From Yuukianura sp. NJ FZ-2021 (Eukaryota), in NCBI GenBank assembly GCA_046563655.1, contig CM102286.1, positions 4,216,001-4,280,000 of the forward strand: a DNA stretch of 64,000 nucleotides. The letters are read 5' to 3'. The notes under the pieces were generated by a model. The model searched no databases and had not been told where the DNA came from. It saw only the letters and a list, made by a program, of their open reading frames with translations. A program made the translations under genes and the position numbers. This document shows, one piece after another, positions 1-11,602 of this stretch (position 1 is its first letter; each line of letters opens with the position of its first letter).

Positions 1-528
1 AAGGAAAAAGAAACTTATAAACTACACGTTTGAGGAAAATCCAAGCAGTAGTGGAGCAATCTGAAATAATTTATAAACTAATTTCCTAAAGTGAGAAAGT
101 GATCGACTTTGGTAGAGGAAAAAAAATTGTCTCTCGCATGCGAAAATTTATCAATGTCAAACATGCCTTTAGTGGAAAACGCATCGCGAATTCCACGCGT
201 GCGCGGAAGTCACTTATTTTTAGGTAATTTGAAACGTAATTTGAGGGCTCCAGTGATGCGTTCACGGTTTTAAATTTCCAGCACTTTTTTTTTGAAAACT
301 GATTCATTAAAAGAAATAACCTGTTGTTGCTGAATTTATGTTCTGTCTGACGTTTCTCCTCAAATATTTTTTGTTAAGTTAGTAGCTTCGATTAGCGAAA
401 ATGTTGTGAAAATTGGACTCCTGTGGAGTAGCACGATCAAATTAGGTTGATTGGATGTACAGTTTTGTACTTCTGTTTGGAAAAGACGTGTTAGTAATTT
501 GTCTCTGTTCTGTTTGGTTCTGTTTCAG

Positions 529-3500
529 ATTTGCCTGAAGGCGGGAAAGTTCAGATTGAAGGGAAAGTGAAGGCACGCTACGAAGTGGGAGATGAGCTCA
601 ACTTCACTTGTTCAGCTGGGAAATCCTTTCCGCCAGTAAAACTCTCTTGGTACATCAACGACCTCACGGTAAATTGCTTTCCCTTCACTCCAAAACTCTT
701 CTGAATTCGGACAGATTCTACAGTTAGTCTCGGCTACTTCCAAAAGCCCAGTAGCCAAGCCCATCTCAATAAAATGAAATTTCTCACTGTCCATCCGATA
801 ACCACTTTAAGACTTTTCACTTCTGCTTTCACCCATTCACCAAAGCCCTTCTAAGATATTGGCCCCGAGAACTCCCAAACACTTTCTCCACTCTGCCCAA
901 ATTGCCATCTTCATTCCGACGCATTCCATCCCCACTGAATTTCTCCTCTCTCCCGCCCAATCCAATGAAATATTCAATTCTAACTTCCTAATCCCTGAAC
1001 TGTGTCCAGAAGGCGAACGAAGACTCCTCCTTTTTGAAAATCCGCTCCAAAGAGCCCTTATTTACTTCTGAGCTTGAGTCTGAATGACCCCAAGGACTAT
1101 GTGTGAATGGCCCAGGACTCTCGTTTCCTCAAATGAAAATGTTTAGGACCAAGCAGACCTTTCACCCGGCAAGCACGTAGGTTCAAAGGGAATCCTCTTC
1201 AGGCAGACTCTGAAGCAGTTTCAGTATGCTGAGTTAAGCCTTTTTTCAAAAAGATATTAATCTCGCCGTCTTTCTCTTACGGGAATGTCTTTCCATTTTT
1301 CCCTTCTAGGCATAGCGAAGCTAATTTGTCATTTTCAAAAAAGTGCGTGGTGAAAGTTCAAAATTCTGAGAGCAAAACACTTGAGTCTTGGTTTTTGTAA
1401 ATTGCACAACCACTTACTTCGGTGTGCAAAAAAATCGAAAAATATACTTTTCAAAATTTTGTTTCGCCAACATACCTTTGTTGTTTAACATTGTTTACAA
1501 ATGCAAAAGTTTTGCAATTTAGTCAAATTTTGTTTTGCAATATTTATTGATCCAGTTGTAGGCAAAAACTTACCACTCTTATAGCAAATTGCGAAAAAAT
1601 TTCAAAATTCAGATAGTCTTGTTATTTTTGTGAGTGATGACAGAAAGGCTTTCGAAATTTTTCTTTTGGATTTTCTAAGCATTTTTTAAAGAAATGTCAA
1701 CTTTCCCCAACTTTGGACTCACTTTCTCCGTCTCTGTTTTTGTATGTTTAAGAATACTGTGATGTCTTTATTTGATACTCCAATGTTTACTTTGAGACAG
1801 TTTAAAGGATCTCTCTTATGAAGACGTTAGTTATACATTCATAGAGATCTTTGCGTCTGGTACTTCTTTAGTTTCAACTTTTTAGTCCAGACTTCAAACT
1901 TTGAATTTCGAATGAAAGTTTCTGTTTAAACAAGCCCGTTGAATCAATAGGAAAAACCTTCCTTGAACTCTTCAACTTCACTTTCACTTTTCTCTGTCAC
2001 TTCCTTCTCTACGAACGTTTTGTCTATCAAAGGCACACAGCGTTTGACATAACACAGACTATTGCATAAAGTGATACACGGAAAAACCCAAGCCTTCCGT
2101 TGGAGCGGAACCACTGAATCAAATTCAGTTTGCTCTCACCAAAGTGCCATTTTATTTTTTCATGATAACTCTGTATACTTCTTCTTTCTCAGCGAATAGG
2201 CTTCCTAGAAAGAAAATCGGACAATTTTCCATGTTTAAGTTACCTTGTTGACAATCTACATCAAAAACGCTCGTTATGGAACCACAATTTTGTTTTTGGT
2301 CAAAGGTTAGGTTGTGCATTCTGCCTCTAAAAGGCTTGAATAAGTCATGATTTCATAGAACTTCTTTTTCTCGGAAGTCTCAAAATTGACTAACGACAAG
2401 GAAGTTTGCTTGGCCTATTTTCCAAGTCATCGGACCTAGAAATCATAATGATTTTGCATATTTATCATCATCATGACCTAAATCCCTTGAGGGCCCATTG
2501 AAGTTTCTTAATACCGAAATACTGAAATCCACTTTTACTTTTAACTTTCACTTTTTTCTCAACTTTTACTTTCTCCACAATTCCTGAGTGGCACTTTGAT
2601 TATGAATTCCTTCTCGTGTTACCTTTCCTTTGCAGTTAACTTTAGGCGGGAAAAGCAGTTGATATTCTTGAAAGAAAAGTGAAAGTGGAAAGAGGAGGAT
2701 CACGAGGAAGAATAATGGAATATGATATGATGATATTAAAGATATTACAAAGGATTGTGGAAATACAAGGGGGACTGGAGGAGAAAAGTAATATATCATT
2801 AGAAACTTTTCTCGAGGCTTTGGAACTGACTTTCAGAACTTTTTAAGTGAAGAATACTCAACTTGTGTCGTAGGGAAATCCACCTCTCTTCCCCTCATTC
2901 AAAATTATCCTAAATTTGAGTCTCGTAATCTCTCGTTTTCAAATTTTGCACAAAAAAGTTTTGCAAGGTTGGGAATTGATTGAATTGTTTGTAGGTTGTA
3001 AAGAAAATTCTACCTGGTAAAATTTTTAAAGTCAGAATTTAAATTTTGTGACAGAATTTTTTTGTGGTGGGAGGTTCAATTTAAGATTTCAACTTTCTCC
3101 GAAGTTTTAATTAAGGTGAAAGTAATGGAAAAAAATATTTTTTATACTAATTCTACGACATAGACTGCTACCTGTTCTGTGTTTTCAAAATACAACTTTC
3201 ACTTTTGCCTTCTAGACGCTAGGAAAGCAGACTTGCCAAAAAAGAATTCATGACAAAAAAGGCGGAAAAAGTTAAAACTGAAATTCATCTTTCTAAACCT
3301 GTCATCAGAGCAAAGGCGTTGCTTTCCGTACATTAGCAATGCAGATCATATGCATATCACCTCCAAAATCACTTAGGCCTTTCCTTCGCTTTCACACTTT
3401 TTCTCTCGAGACACACTTTTTTACTTTTTTCAAAAATTCTGAACATTTGAAAATACAAAAACTTAAAAATGAAATCGTGGGATACTGGGCAGACAGGTAA

Positions 3501-4557
3501 AAGCTGAAAGTTGCCTGAGCGCTTTCTCCTTTGCTTTTCAAATAAAGTCGACTTCAAAACTTTTTTCACTGAATTTTTTTTTCAAAATTTTTTGTCAAGT
3601 CAGGAAAAATTCTGGCATGGAACATGGAAAATAGAATGCCAATAAACTTTACTTTCTCATACTACTATCTTCTTACTCAGTTTAAATCTGACTCAATTTA
3701 CGTCCCCTGCCATCCTACATCTTCCTCTTCTTCTTAGTTTCCGCATAAGTTTCTTATCGATTCTGAACCAAACAAATCATGGGATATTCCATCTAAAGCT
3801 CAGAGGAGACAAGTTTAGGTCCGATTTAAAGCCTCACTAAATCCGAGAAGCTGGAAATATTTGATTATTATTTAAATTAATTCTAAAGGGCCAACATTAG
3901 TGTCTACATTTGTTAGAATTTATGATTTGAGAAACCAATTTTTTAAAACGACCATTTTTTGAAACATAGAGGACACTATGCTACATATTGTAAAGTTAAG
4001 GAAAGTTTCAAATTGAATTTTCTGAAAAAGTGAATTGTTAATTTTCAGGTTCCACCTGAGCAGGTGATTGACCTGAGTCCACGACCCACAGGACACCACT
4101 TGACCCCTGCAATTTCCCAACTTAAAGTACGACTGGAGCCAGAACATTTTACTGAAGAAGGAGAAACTAAAGTTGTTTGCAAAGCCAATTCCTGGTTACC
4201 CATTACGACTTCGGCCAATTCCTGGGTGGAGGAAGATGAAAAGACAATTTCCAGTTCCAGGACAAATACAGACGTCTTCAGATCAAATATGAACGACTTC
4301 AGCGTTTCTCCAGTACTTTTATTTGATGAACATGCCTCACTCACAAGTAAGTTCAAAAATTAAATTACACTTTTTATACATTTTTCTCTCAATTAGATTT
4401 GAAATTGGATTGGTTGAATTTTTGTTCAAAGTTTCATTGGCAATTTCTATTTTGTGTTTCAGTAAAAGGCGGAGCAAATATATTTAGTTGTGGAATTCCT
4501 TTGTTACTACTAGCTCTAACTACACAATTTGTATCAACGTATTTTTGGTTCTGCTGA
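529..4557 (+). CDS. Beat (beaten path)-like immunoglobulin-superfamily protein, 3' part only (exons 529-668, 4049-4346, 4463-4557); 5' end lies upstream of the window
   Basis: Three phase-compatible GT-AG exons translate to DLPEGGKVQIEGKVKARYEVGDELNFTCSAGKSFPPVKLSWYINDLT / VPPEQ...LKVRLEPEHFTEEGETKVVCKA... / IKGGANIFSCGIPLLLLALTTQFVSTYFWFC*. The C-x4-S-x-P...L-x-W-Y-I-N pattern resembles the second Ig domain of Beat proteins; the hydrophobic C-terminus suggests a GPI or TM anchor. Confidence 0.75.
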
Positions 4558-7500
4558 TGTGCTGACAATTCTTGTCATCAGGGTTAGCTTTATGGCGTTA
4601 GTAAAAATGCATATGGTAGCTTTCGTTAAAAATTAGTATTGATGGACAGGAATTTACATTGAGAACAAATATCCATTTATTTTTTGAATTTTTTTTTCAA
4701 AAGTGATATATTCTGAATCGTTGAAGTTTTGTTTCATTCCTTATATCAATTCTAACCTTTAAATTTAAAAAAATTACTTTAAAATCTATACGTATACGGT
4801 ACTAATAATGTTCAATTTAGTCAAAATTTTCAAAATAAATGCAAAAGAATTTAGCTTTTCTTTTTTCCAGTGAAAGGAGTTAGTTATAAAGCGGTGCTCC
4901 CAACAAAATTAAGAGTTTAGAATACATTATAATTGTGGTTAATTCAAAATTATTGTTACTATTAAGCTATTACAACAAAATTATTATAAATTAATGTAGT
5001 TAAGTAAATTAGAATTAAATTTTAATTTGTGCAACATATCACTCTGTTAATTTTTAATGGAGCATCGTCTGTAATGGAGCGTCGCCTAGTATGATACTGC
5101 GCTAACGAGTGCAGCAGGAACACTCGTGCAATTCGATGCTACACTTTACTTCAATTGATGAACTATGTAATTTACGACAAGTAATTTTAAGGTGTGAAAG
5201 ACAAGTTTTGAATGTAATGAAAAAAATAAAATATCTACATGCGCCCAACCACCGTGAATTAAAATTTTGGTGTTTTCAATTCAGTTTTAGGCTCCTGCAT
5301 TTGTTTGCGTTTTCTACTTGCGTTTTCAAACAGTACAAAGGTGGAAACAGGTTTCCAAAGGCGCAGCAGGAGATAACCAAAGAAACGCGGGAAAAGGTGT
5401 TAATTATTTAAGTGCTTTGAAGATATACGATTTGGCTTCTTTTGGTAAGAGAGAACGCGATGATTAATTTACAGTTCAAAAGAAATCCAAAACGAAGCTA
5501 CTCTTAAAACTTAATTAGACAACCTGTTTGTAATATAAAAGTAAACCATAGCGTTTCAAAATACAAACGAATATCTTTCTACCAAGTGCTAAATCCAACA
5601 GATATTGCATTTCTGTAGTATCAGTGAAATACAAAACAATAACTTAGACGTATTGTTTTGAATCCACCTACCCTTTGCACCACCGCCATGAAAAATAATC
5701 AGCTCATGAGTCTAACTTTTTCCCTTAGGGTGAAAGCTGATACTGGTTCATTTTTTGTAGAAAACATACGAGATTGAATTCAGTTAAGCCTTCGCTGGTG
5801 TATAGTATTCCGTTTCATACATTTCTCGCTCTGTCAAGCTTTTTTTTTGGGCTTGAACAGGATAAACGGATCGGATCAGTTTCAATACCGGTGCATACTT
5901 GATGGCTAGCAATTTTGAAAAATATAGTTTTCTTTTGTGCAAATACAATTACTGTAGATGAAATGCGCATGATTATGTACAGTTCATCAAATTTCGAAAT
6001 TTTGGCTTCCAAATTATATCAATGTTGCAACATAAAAATGATATGAGTTTCACAAAATGGAAAGACAAATACTATTATTTGTCTCTAAAACATAGCATTA
6101 GTTCGGAAGCTCACCGAGTTATGAACAATACATTTTTTAAAAGTATTCAAATTTTGAAAATTGGTGAAATTATAAAAATAGAATATGGCAGTTCTAGAGA
6201 AAATTGTCAAATGATATTATTCTAGTATGTACTAATACTCGATTCTTCAAATAAGTGAAAGATTATGGTAACTACTCTGTGTGTAGAACAGAAATTTTCA
6301 AAAACTGGTTTCTGTTTTCAAGAAAACATACGTAGTGTAAGTTTGAATTTTTCATGACATTAGGAGGACGCTCGTAAAATGAATTAAGAATGAAAGTAAA
6401 ATTTTCTGATTTTGAGAAATCAGAAAAAGTGAAAACTGAACTTTCTCTTTTTTTGAAGAAAGTGAACGTTCATAATTAAGATTTTATTGTGAAAGGTTGG
6501 ATTTAGCCTCTTGCCACTTCTGAAGTCAATTTCGGCTAGTTGACTATTAGGCGAACGCCTACTTGCCTCCTCCAAAGAAAGTTTTTTTTTCGCTGAAGTT
6601 GAATTCTCTGCGGGTGGGTTTCGTTCTGGTTGTGGAGGATGATGATGATTCAACGTCTCCTAGGATGGGAATAAGGGACTTTCTCCATCAGAAGAGCAGA
6701 AGAAGGTGAGAAGCCAAATGTCATTCATTCCTGCTCGTGGAATAAAAACTCAAAGTGTGAACTTCGTTGATCTACCCGCCTCTTCTTCCATGAAGTTCAA
6801 ATTGTGGCGGGACGAGAAACTCATCATCTTAATGGACTCGGTGCCTTGATGGCAAACGGGGCCTACGTTGCTCAGAAAAAACCAAAAGAAAGAAGGCTGA
6901 TAAATGCTTTTTCTTCCACGGAGAGCTTGTGGAACTGTGGTAGACTTAAGGAAGAAAGGTTCTGGAGCACCGCAGGGATTCAACCAGTTTTCTCACTTGA
7001 GGGACTGGGAAAAGACGTACCCAGACACTTCTGGACGGCAAACAATGTACCAGTATTCTGAAAGATGATGAGTTATGCAAGAGTATGTTCATAGACGGTC
7101 ACTTCAATCTACCTAGGTTACATTTTTTTAGTTCCCGCACGCCTGTATTGGCCCTGTCTATAAGTGACCGTCCACAAAAGTCCTAGAACCGGGAAAGCGA
7201 GAGGCTATGCGGAAGTGATAGGGAAAAAGAAACCTGTTACTTAAGATGAGATCTTCCACTTTCCCTTCCCACTTTTCTTACGCACTGCTCTTAAGGACGA
7301 GGACTTTTTTTTAAATAATCCTTCCCGCTCGAGCCTATACGAAACCAAAAATCCTCAGGAGTTGTTGTCAGGAGATGTCAAAAAATATTTTAAATCCTCC
7401 TGCTACTTTTTGGAAAAGGAGAAATTAATTAACTAATGAAAACTGACTTACAGATCACAGCATAAAATGAGGGAGAGGGAGGTTAGCATGGAACTTCAGG

Positions 7501-8082
7501 AGTACAAAGACTTTCACCCTCTGCATTCTTCCTTTCACCCCTAGAGTTTTTCGACCGATGAAACTCTTGTTTCGTGTCATGCAAACTATCGGGCCACAAT
7601 TTAATTTTGATAATCCCATTGGCTGTTCTACTCAAAAATACTGCGAAGATAATGGTTACTTTTATTGACTGAATATTTGTACAAAATTAAAAGGAAATGT
7701 GAGAGGCTATAAGATAGAAACTCAAAGAAAAGCGGCAGCAAAATGAGATAAACTAGTATGATTATTTATCTTGTTAAATAATTGTAATGATTCTCAATTT
7801 AATTCGTTTCGTTTGTATTTAAGACGTCTACATTAGCTACTGACAAAATTTCCATTAACTTATTTCTTAATGTATAGTACTGAAAGTGATATCTTTTATT
7901 ACCCAAAAAAGAAAGTTTTTACGGAATGTAGATTTTGTATTGTTTAGTTTTCAATTTTTTTTGCATTGTTTCTAATTGTCGATGCCCTACTGCGGTGTGT
8001 TTAATTTAAACTGCACGGACAGTTGCATCTTGTTTCAATTGCACCTGCTTAGCCCGACGCTCCAAGAAATAAACATAAGTAA

Positions 8083-8644
8083 ATGGAGTTGAAGTTTTAC
8101 GTCGTCTTTCTTTTGCTGGGATTGGAAGGTAACATAGAACTATGTATCGTATGTAAATATTAAATTTTACATACGATAAGTAAATATTAAATGCACCTGG
8201 TAGAGGTGCATCAGGAATGCAATCAAATGTTAGTAAACTTAAAATTAATCACTGTCATGTTCATACGACTATTCTAACAGTTTCTTACTGAATTTTTTTA
8301 AATAGAGAGCTGGACGTCCGGCTGACGGGGCGGACAAAGGACCGCAACCTCCAAGTAAATCGCAAGGGCCGGGCCCAGTACAAACGCCGAGCGGAGTTAC
8401 TTGTCCGAAGGAACCGAAAGATGAAAAGTTTCGAGTATCGAAATCTGGTTGTCACAATGGATACTGCTGGACAGTGTGTCATGGGGTGTTGGGCATAAAT
8501 GCTGGTGACCGGGAATGGTGCTACACGACTATGGGCTCTTCGCAAGACTACGGATATGTCGGTTGTAGTTCTGATGCCGAGTGTTGTACATATTGGAGCT
8601 GTGCTGGATCTATAAATAAATTTAATTTACGAAAATATAGTTAG
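8083..8644 (+). pseudogene. Tha p 2-like cysteine-rich secreted protein, copy 1 (internally deleted, probably decaying)
   Basis: Signal exon 8083-8128 (MELKFYVVFLLLGLE) is near-identical to that of copy 2. Exon 2 and most of exon 3 are missing (only a remnant GRGASGMQSN at ~8199-8228). Last exon 8306-8644 reads ...SGCHNGYCWTVCHGVLGINAGDREWCYTTMGSSQDYGYVGCSSDAECCTYWSCAGSINKFNLRKYS*, lacking the final Cys. Confidence 0.7.
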
Positions 8645-8977
8645 TGAATCCTAATTTAATTGGTTCCACAAGGATTTAAAACCTTTACAATTACATAGAT
8701 ATTGTTAAAACTTTGATTGACTTAACTTAAATGCAGTGAAAGTGAGATCTTTATTACCCAAATAAAGTTTTTCACATAAACATTCGTAACGAGTAACTTC
8801 ATTGTTCATGTTCAGTTTTTGAAATTTTTTCCATTGTTTCTACTTATACTACGGTGATTGATTATAATATACTACGGTGGTACTATGCTTAATTTAAACT
8901 AAACAGTTGCATATTCGCGCTTATATCAATTGCACGCGCTTTGCTTAACCCGACGCTCCAAGAAATAAATATAAGTA

Positions 8978-9692
8978 ATGGATTTAAAGTTTCTCGTCGT
9001 CTTTCTTTTGCTGGGATTGGAAGGTAATAATATCAAGATTATGTATCCTATCCCTATGTAAATATTAAATTTTTTTCAGTTATCTTCATTAACAATGTTA
9101 AGGTATTCCCGTGTAACCAATTTCTAAGACCAGTATTTCAATTGTAGAGTTAATTTCTGCGCAGGAGAACGACGATTACGAGCATAGCTTCCAAAGTATG
9201 GTTTCAAAACACCGTGCTAAGCGCACTACGTGCGATTGTACGTGCGCGTCCGGGGCAGCCGGTAGAGGTGTATCAGGAATGCAAACAAATGTTAGTCAAC
9301 TGAAGATTAATCACTGTAATGTTGGCATTACTACGCTAACAATTTCTTACTGACATTTGTAATAGAGAGCAGCTCGTCCTTTGTCCCCGTCTGACGGATC
9401 GGACAAAGGACCTATGCCTCCGGGTGGACATCAAGGGCCAGGCCCAGTTAAAACCCCAAGCGGAGATATTTGTCCAAAGGAGCCGGGAGACTTAAATAAA
9501 CATATACTGAAATCTGGTTGTTACAGTGGTTACTGCTGGACCGGATGTTTTGGGCTGTTGGGGACAAGGCCAAATCCTACTGAATGGTGCTACACGACTA
9601 AAGGACCTACGCAAGACCACGCGTATGTCGGTTGTACTTCTGATAACGAGTGTTGCACATACTGGAATTGTGCCGGACCATGTACTTTATAA
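8978..9692 (+). CDS. Secreted Tha p 2-like cysteine-rich precursor, copy 2 (exons 8978-9023, 9080-9102, 9165-9290, 9366-9692; ~173 aa)
   Basis: Signal peptide MDLKFLVVFLLLGLEVIFI, then RAKR-TTCDCTC, a Gly/Pro linker, and the domain GCYSGYCWTGC...EWCYTTKGPTQDHAYVGCTSDNECCTYWNCAGPCTL. This matches the recalled GC-x2-GYCW-x2-C...WCYTT...SQ...YV-x-C...W-x-C-x-GPC signature of the processionary-moth allergen Tha p 2. Exon phases are consistent. Confidence 0.8.
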
Positions 9693-10460
9693 AATTAAAC
9701 TAAACTAGTATGCACAGCCTGAATAATTTTGACTAAAATGGCTTTAAATAATTTGAATACTTTATAAAACTGTAACAATATGAAACTAATTGTTATGAAA
9801 CTAATGTTCACATTTTAAAGTGTATTGACATGAAAGATTGTAAATAAATTTTTTCGACAAAATCGTACAAACTTTCACCGTCACAATTCTTCCTTTCGAT
9901 CATGTTCTATAGATGCAATAACTCACTTTTTTCGAAAACTTACGAAAACTTTTGTACCAATCCTATTTGCTCTACATAGCGGAAGGTCCAGTTTTAGCAC
10001 AAACAAACAATTTCTTTTAAACAGGAGCTATGCCATAACGTGTTAAGAAAAATAAACAAAAATTCGCTTTAAACAACCTTGATCCTGTCGGTGTAAATGT
10101 ACATAAAACATGAGCACTATACAAAAACCAAAGGAAAGCCTGCAGCAGCAGCATATTCATTTCTTTTTCTAAAATATTAGAGAAACGAGGCCTTACTACA
10201 GGCTACTGCTTAGAAATCCGTTGAGGTTATTTTAGTGAAGCGAAACTGTTCCGCATTACAGAACTGTTAATTATTGTAGAATTTTTTTTTCAAAAAGTCC
10301 TTGAAAATTGAATTATGTAATTGTTTTATTTCTAAACTTTTTCTATTGTTTTGTGATATTGATATTTTATGTATTGAATTTCAACTAGCCCAGTTGCATC
10401 AAATCGCTTGTTACGCTGACTCTTTGATCCGCTGCAGTCGGAACTGTATAAAAATTAGGA

Positions 10461-11602
10461 ATGCAGTTCAAATTCCTCGTAATCGCTCTTCTACTTGGAG
10501 TGCAAAGTACGAAACATTAGTATCTTTTGGGCTAATTTATAATTTTGTTCATAATTCATGATTTTAATTACATTGAAAATCTTGCATTTGTAATTTTAAT
10601 TGCAGTGTCACTTACTGTCGAGGTAAATAATGGAAATGAAGATGGCGTCATAAGTGTGGTCGCTCCGAAGAGCCGAACTAAGCGGACCACCAATTGTGAT
10701 TGTGTGTGTGGCGCTGGTGAAGACATGGGCCAAGCAGAGGGAAGAAGTATTGTCGCTTCGAAAAGCCGAACTAAACGCACCACCACTTGTAATTGTACCT
10801 GCGGCGCTGGTTCAGACGAGGGCTCAGCAAGGGGCCGTGCCGCTGGTGTAGGCAATGGCAAAGCAAAAGGCAAAGGAACTGTTAGTAAATTGACATTAAC
10901 ATAACCAAACCAAACCAAAATTAAACTTCGCCTGAGCCAAGGTTGTTTAAATCGAAATTTTCTTTTATCTTAACAGGTTATACCATAACTACCTTTTTTC
11001 AAATTTTCAAATTTTTTGAAACGCACATCTGACGCGGCTCCGTTGCGTTAGCAATTCGAAATCAAAACTTTGGCTCAGTCACGCGAAAATTAAAAAATTT
11101 TAAAAGATTATTGTGAAAATAAACAAAATTGGTCCAAAATTCGTCCAGAAGTTGTTGTTTTTTTTTTTGTGTTTTTTTTTAAATCGGAGTTATGGCATAA
11201 CCTATTAGCACATTTGTATAACTGGGCGCTTTAGCAACCTTGACGTGCAAAGAATTATTACGACTACGCTACAACAATGTTTTTTTGATTTTTTTTTAGA
11301 GTGGTGTTGGTCCGGTGAAAGGGGTGCACGGACCTCCAATTCAAGGCAAATCCAAAGGAGATCTGAAAGGAAAGTCAATTTGGGGAGACGGGCCAAAGAT
11401 TTGCCCGTTTGACCCAGAATATGACCCGTATAATGACAAAGGTTCCGGTTGTCACGAGGGCTATTGTTGGTCACAGTGTCATTCGCCCAGTGAATGGTGC
11501 TACACGACGGCAGGAAGGTCACAAGATTTCGGCTATGTTGCTTGTACTACAGAAGACGACTGCTGTGAACAATGGAAGTGTGCTGGAGCATGTACAATAT
11601 AA
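10461..11602 (+). CDS. Secreted Tha p 2-like cysteine-rich precursor, copy 3 (exons 10461-10506, 10606-10880, 11300-11602; ~207 aa)
   Basis: The 46-nt signal exon (MQFKFLVIALLLGVQ) has the same length and phase as in copies 1 and 2. It has two RTKR-TT-x-CxCxC-GAG modules and a C-terminal GCHEGYCWSQC...EWCYTTAGRSQDFGYVACTTEDDCCEQWKCAGACTI. Confidence 0.8.
10975..11203. mobile_element. Small MITE-like insertion in an intron of Tha p 2-like copy 3
   Basis: 16-bp terminal inverted repeats AGGTTATACCATAACT (10975-10990) and AGTTATGGCATAACCT (11188-11203), 15/16 complementary. It explains why this intron is much longer than the equivalent ~75-nt intron of copy 2. Confidence 0.5.

Noticed and set aside
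6640..7120. GC-richer stretch with 77-85 aa ORFs, possibly a decayed viral or transposon gene
   Set aside because: Stops in all frames and no motif I can recognise; it would need TBLASTX to support any call.
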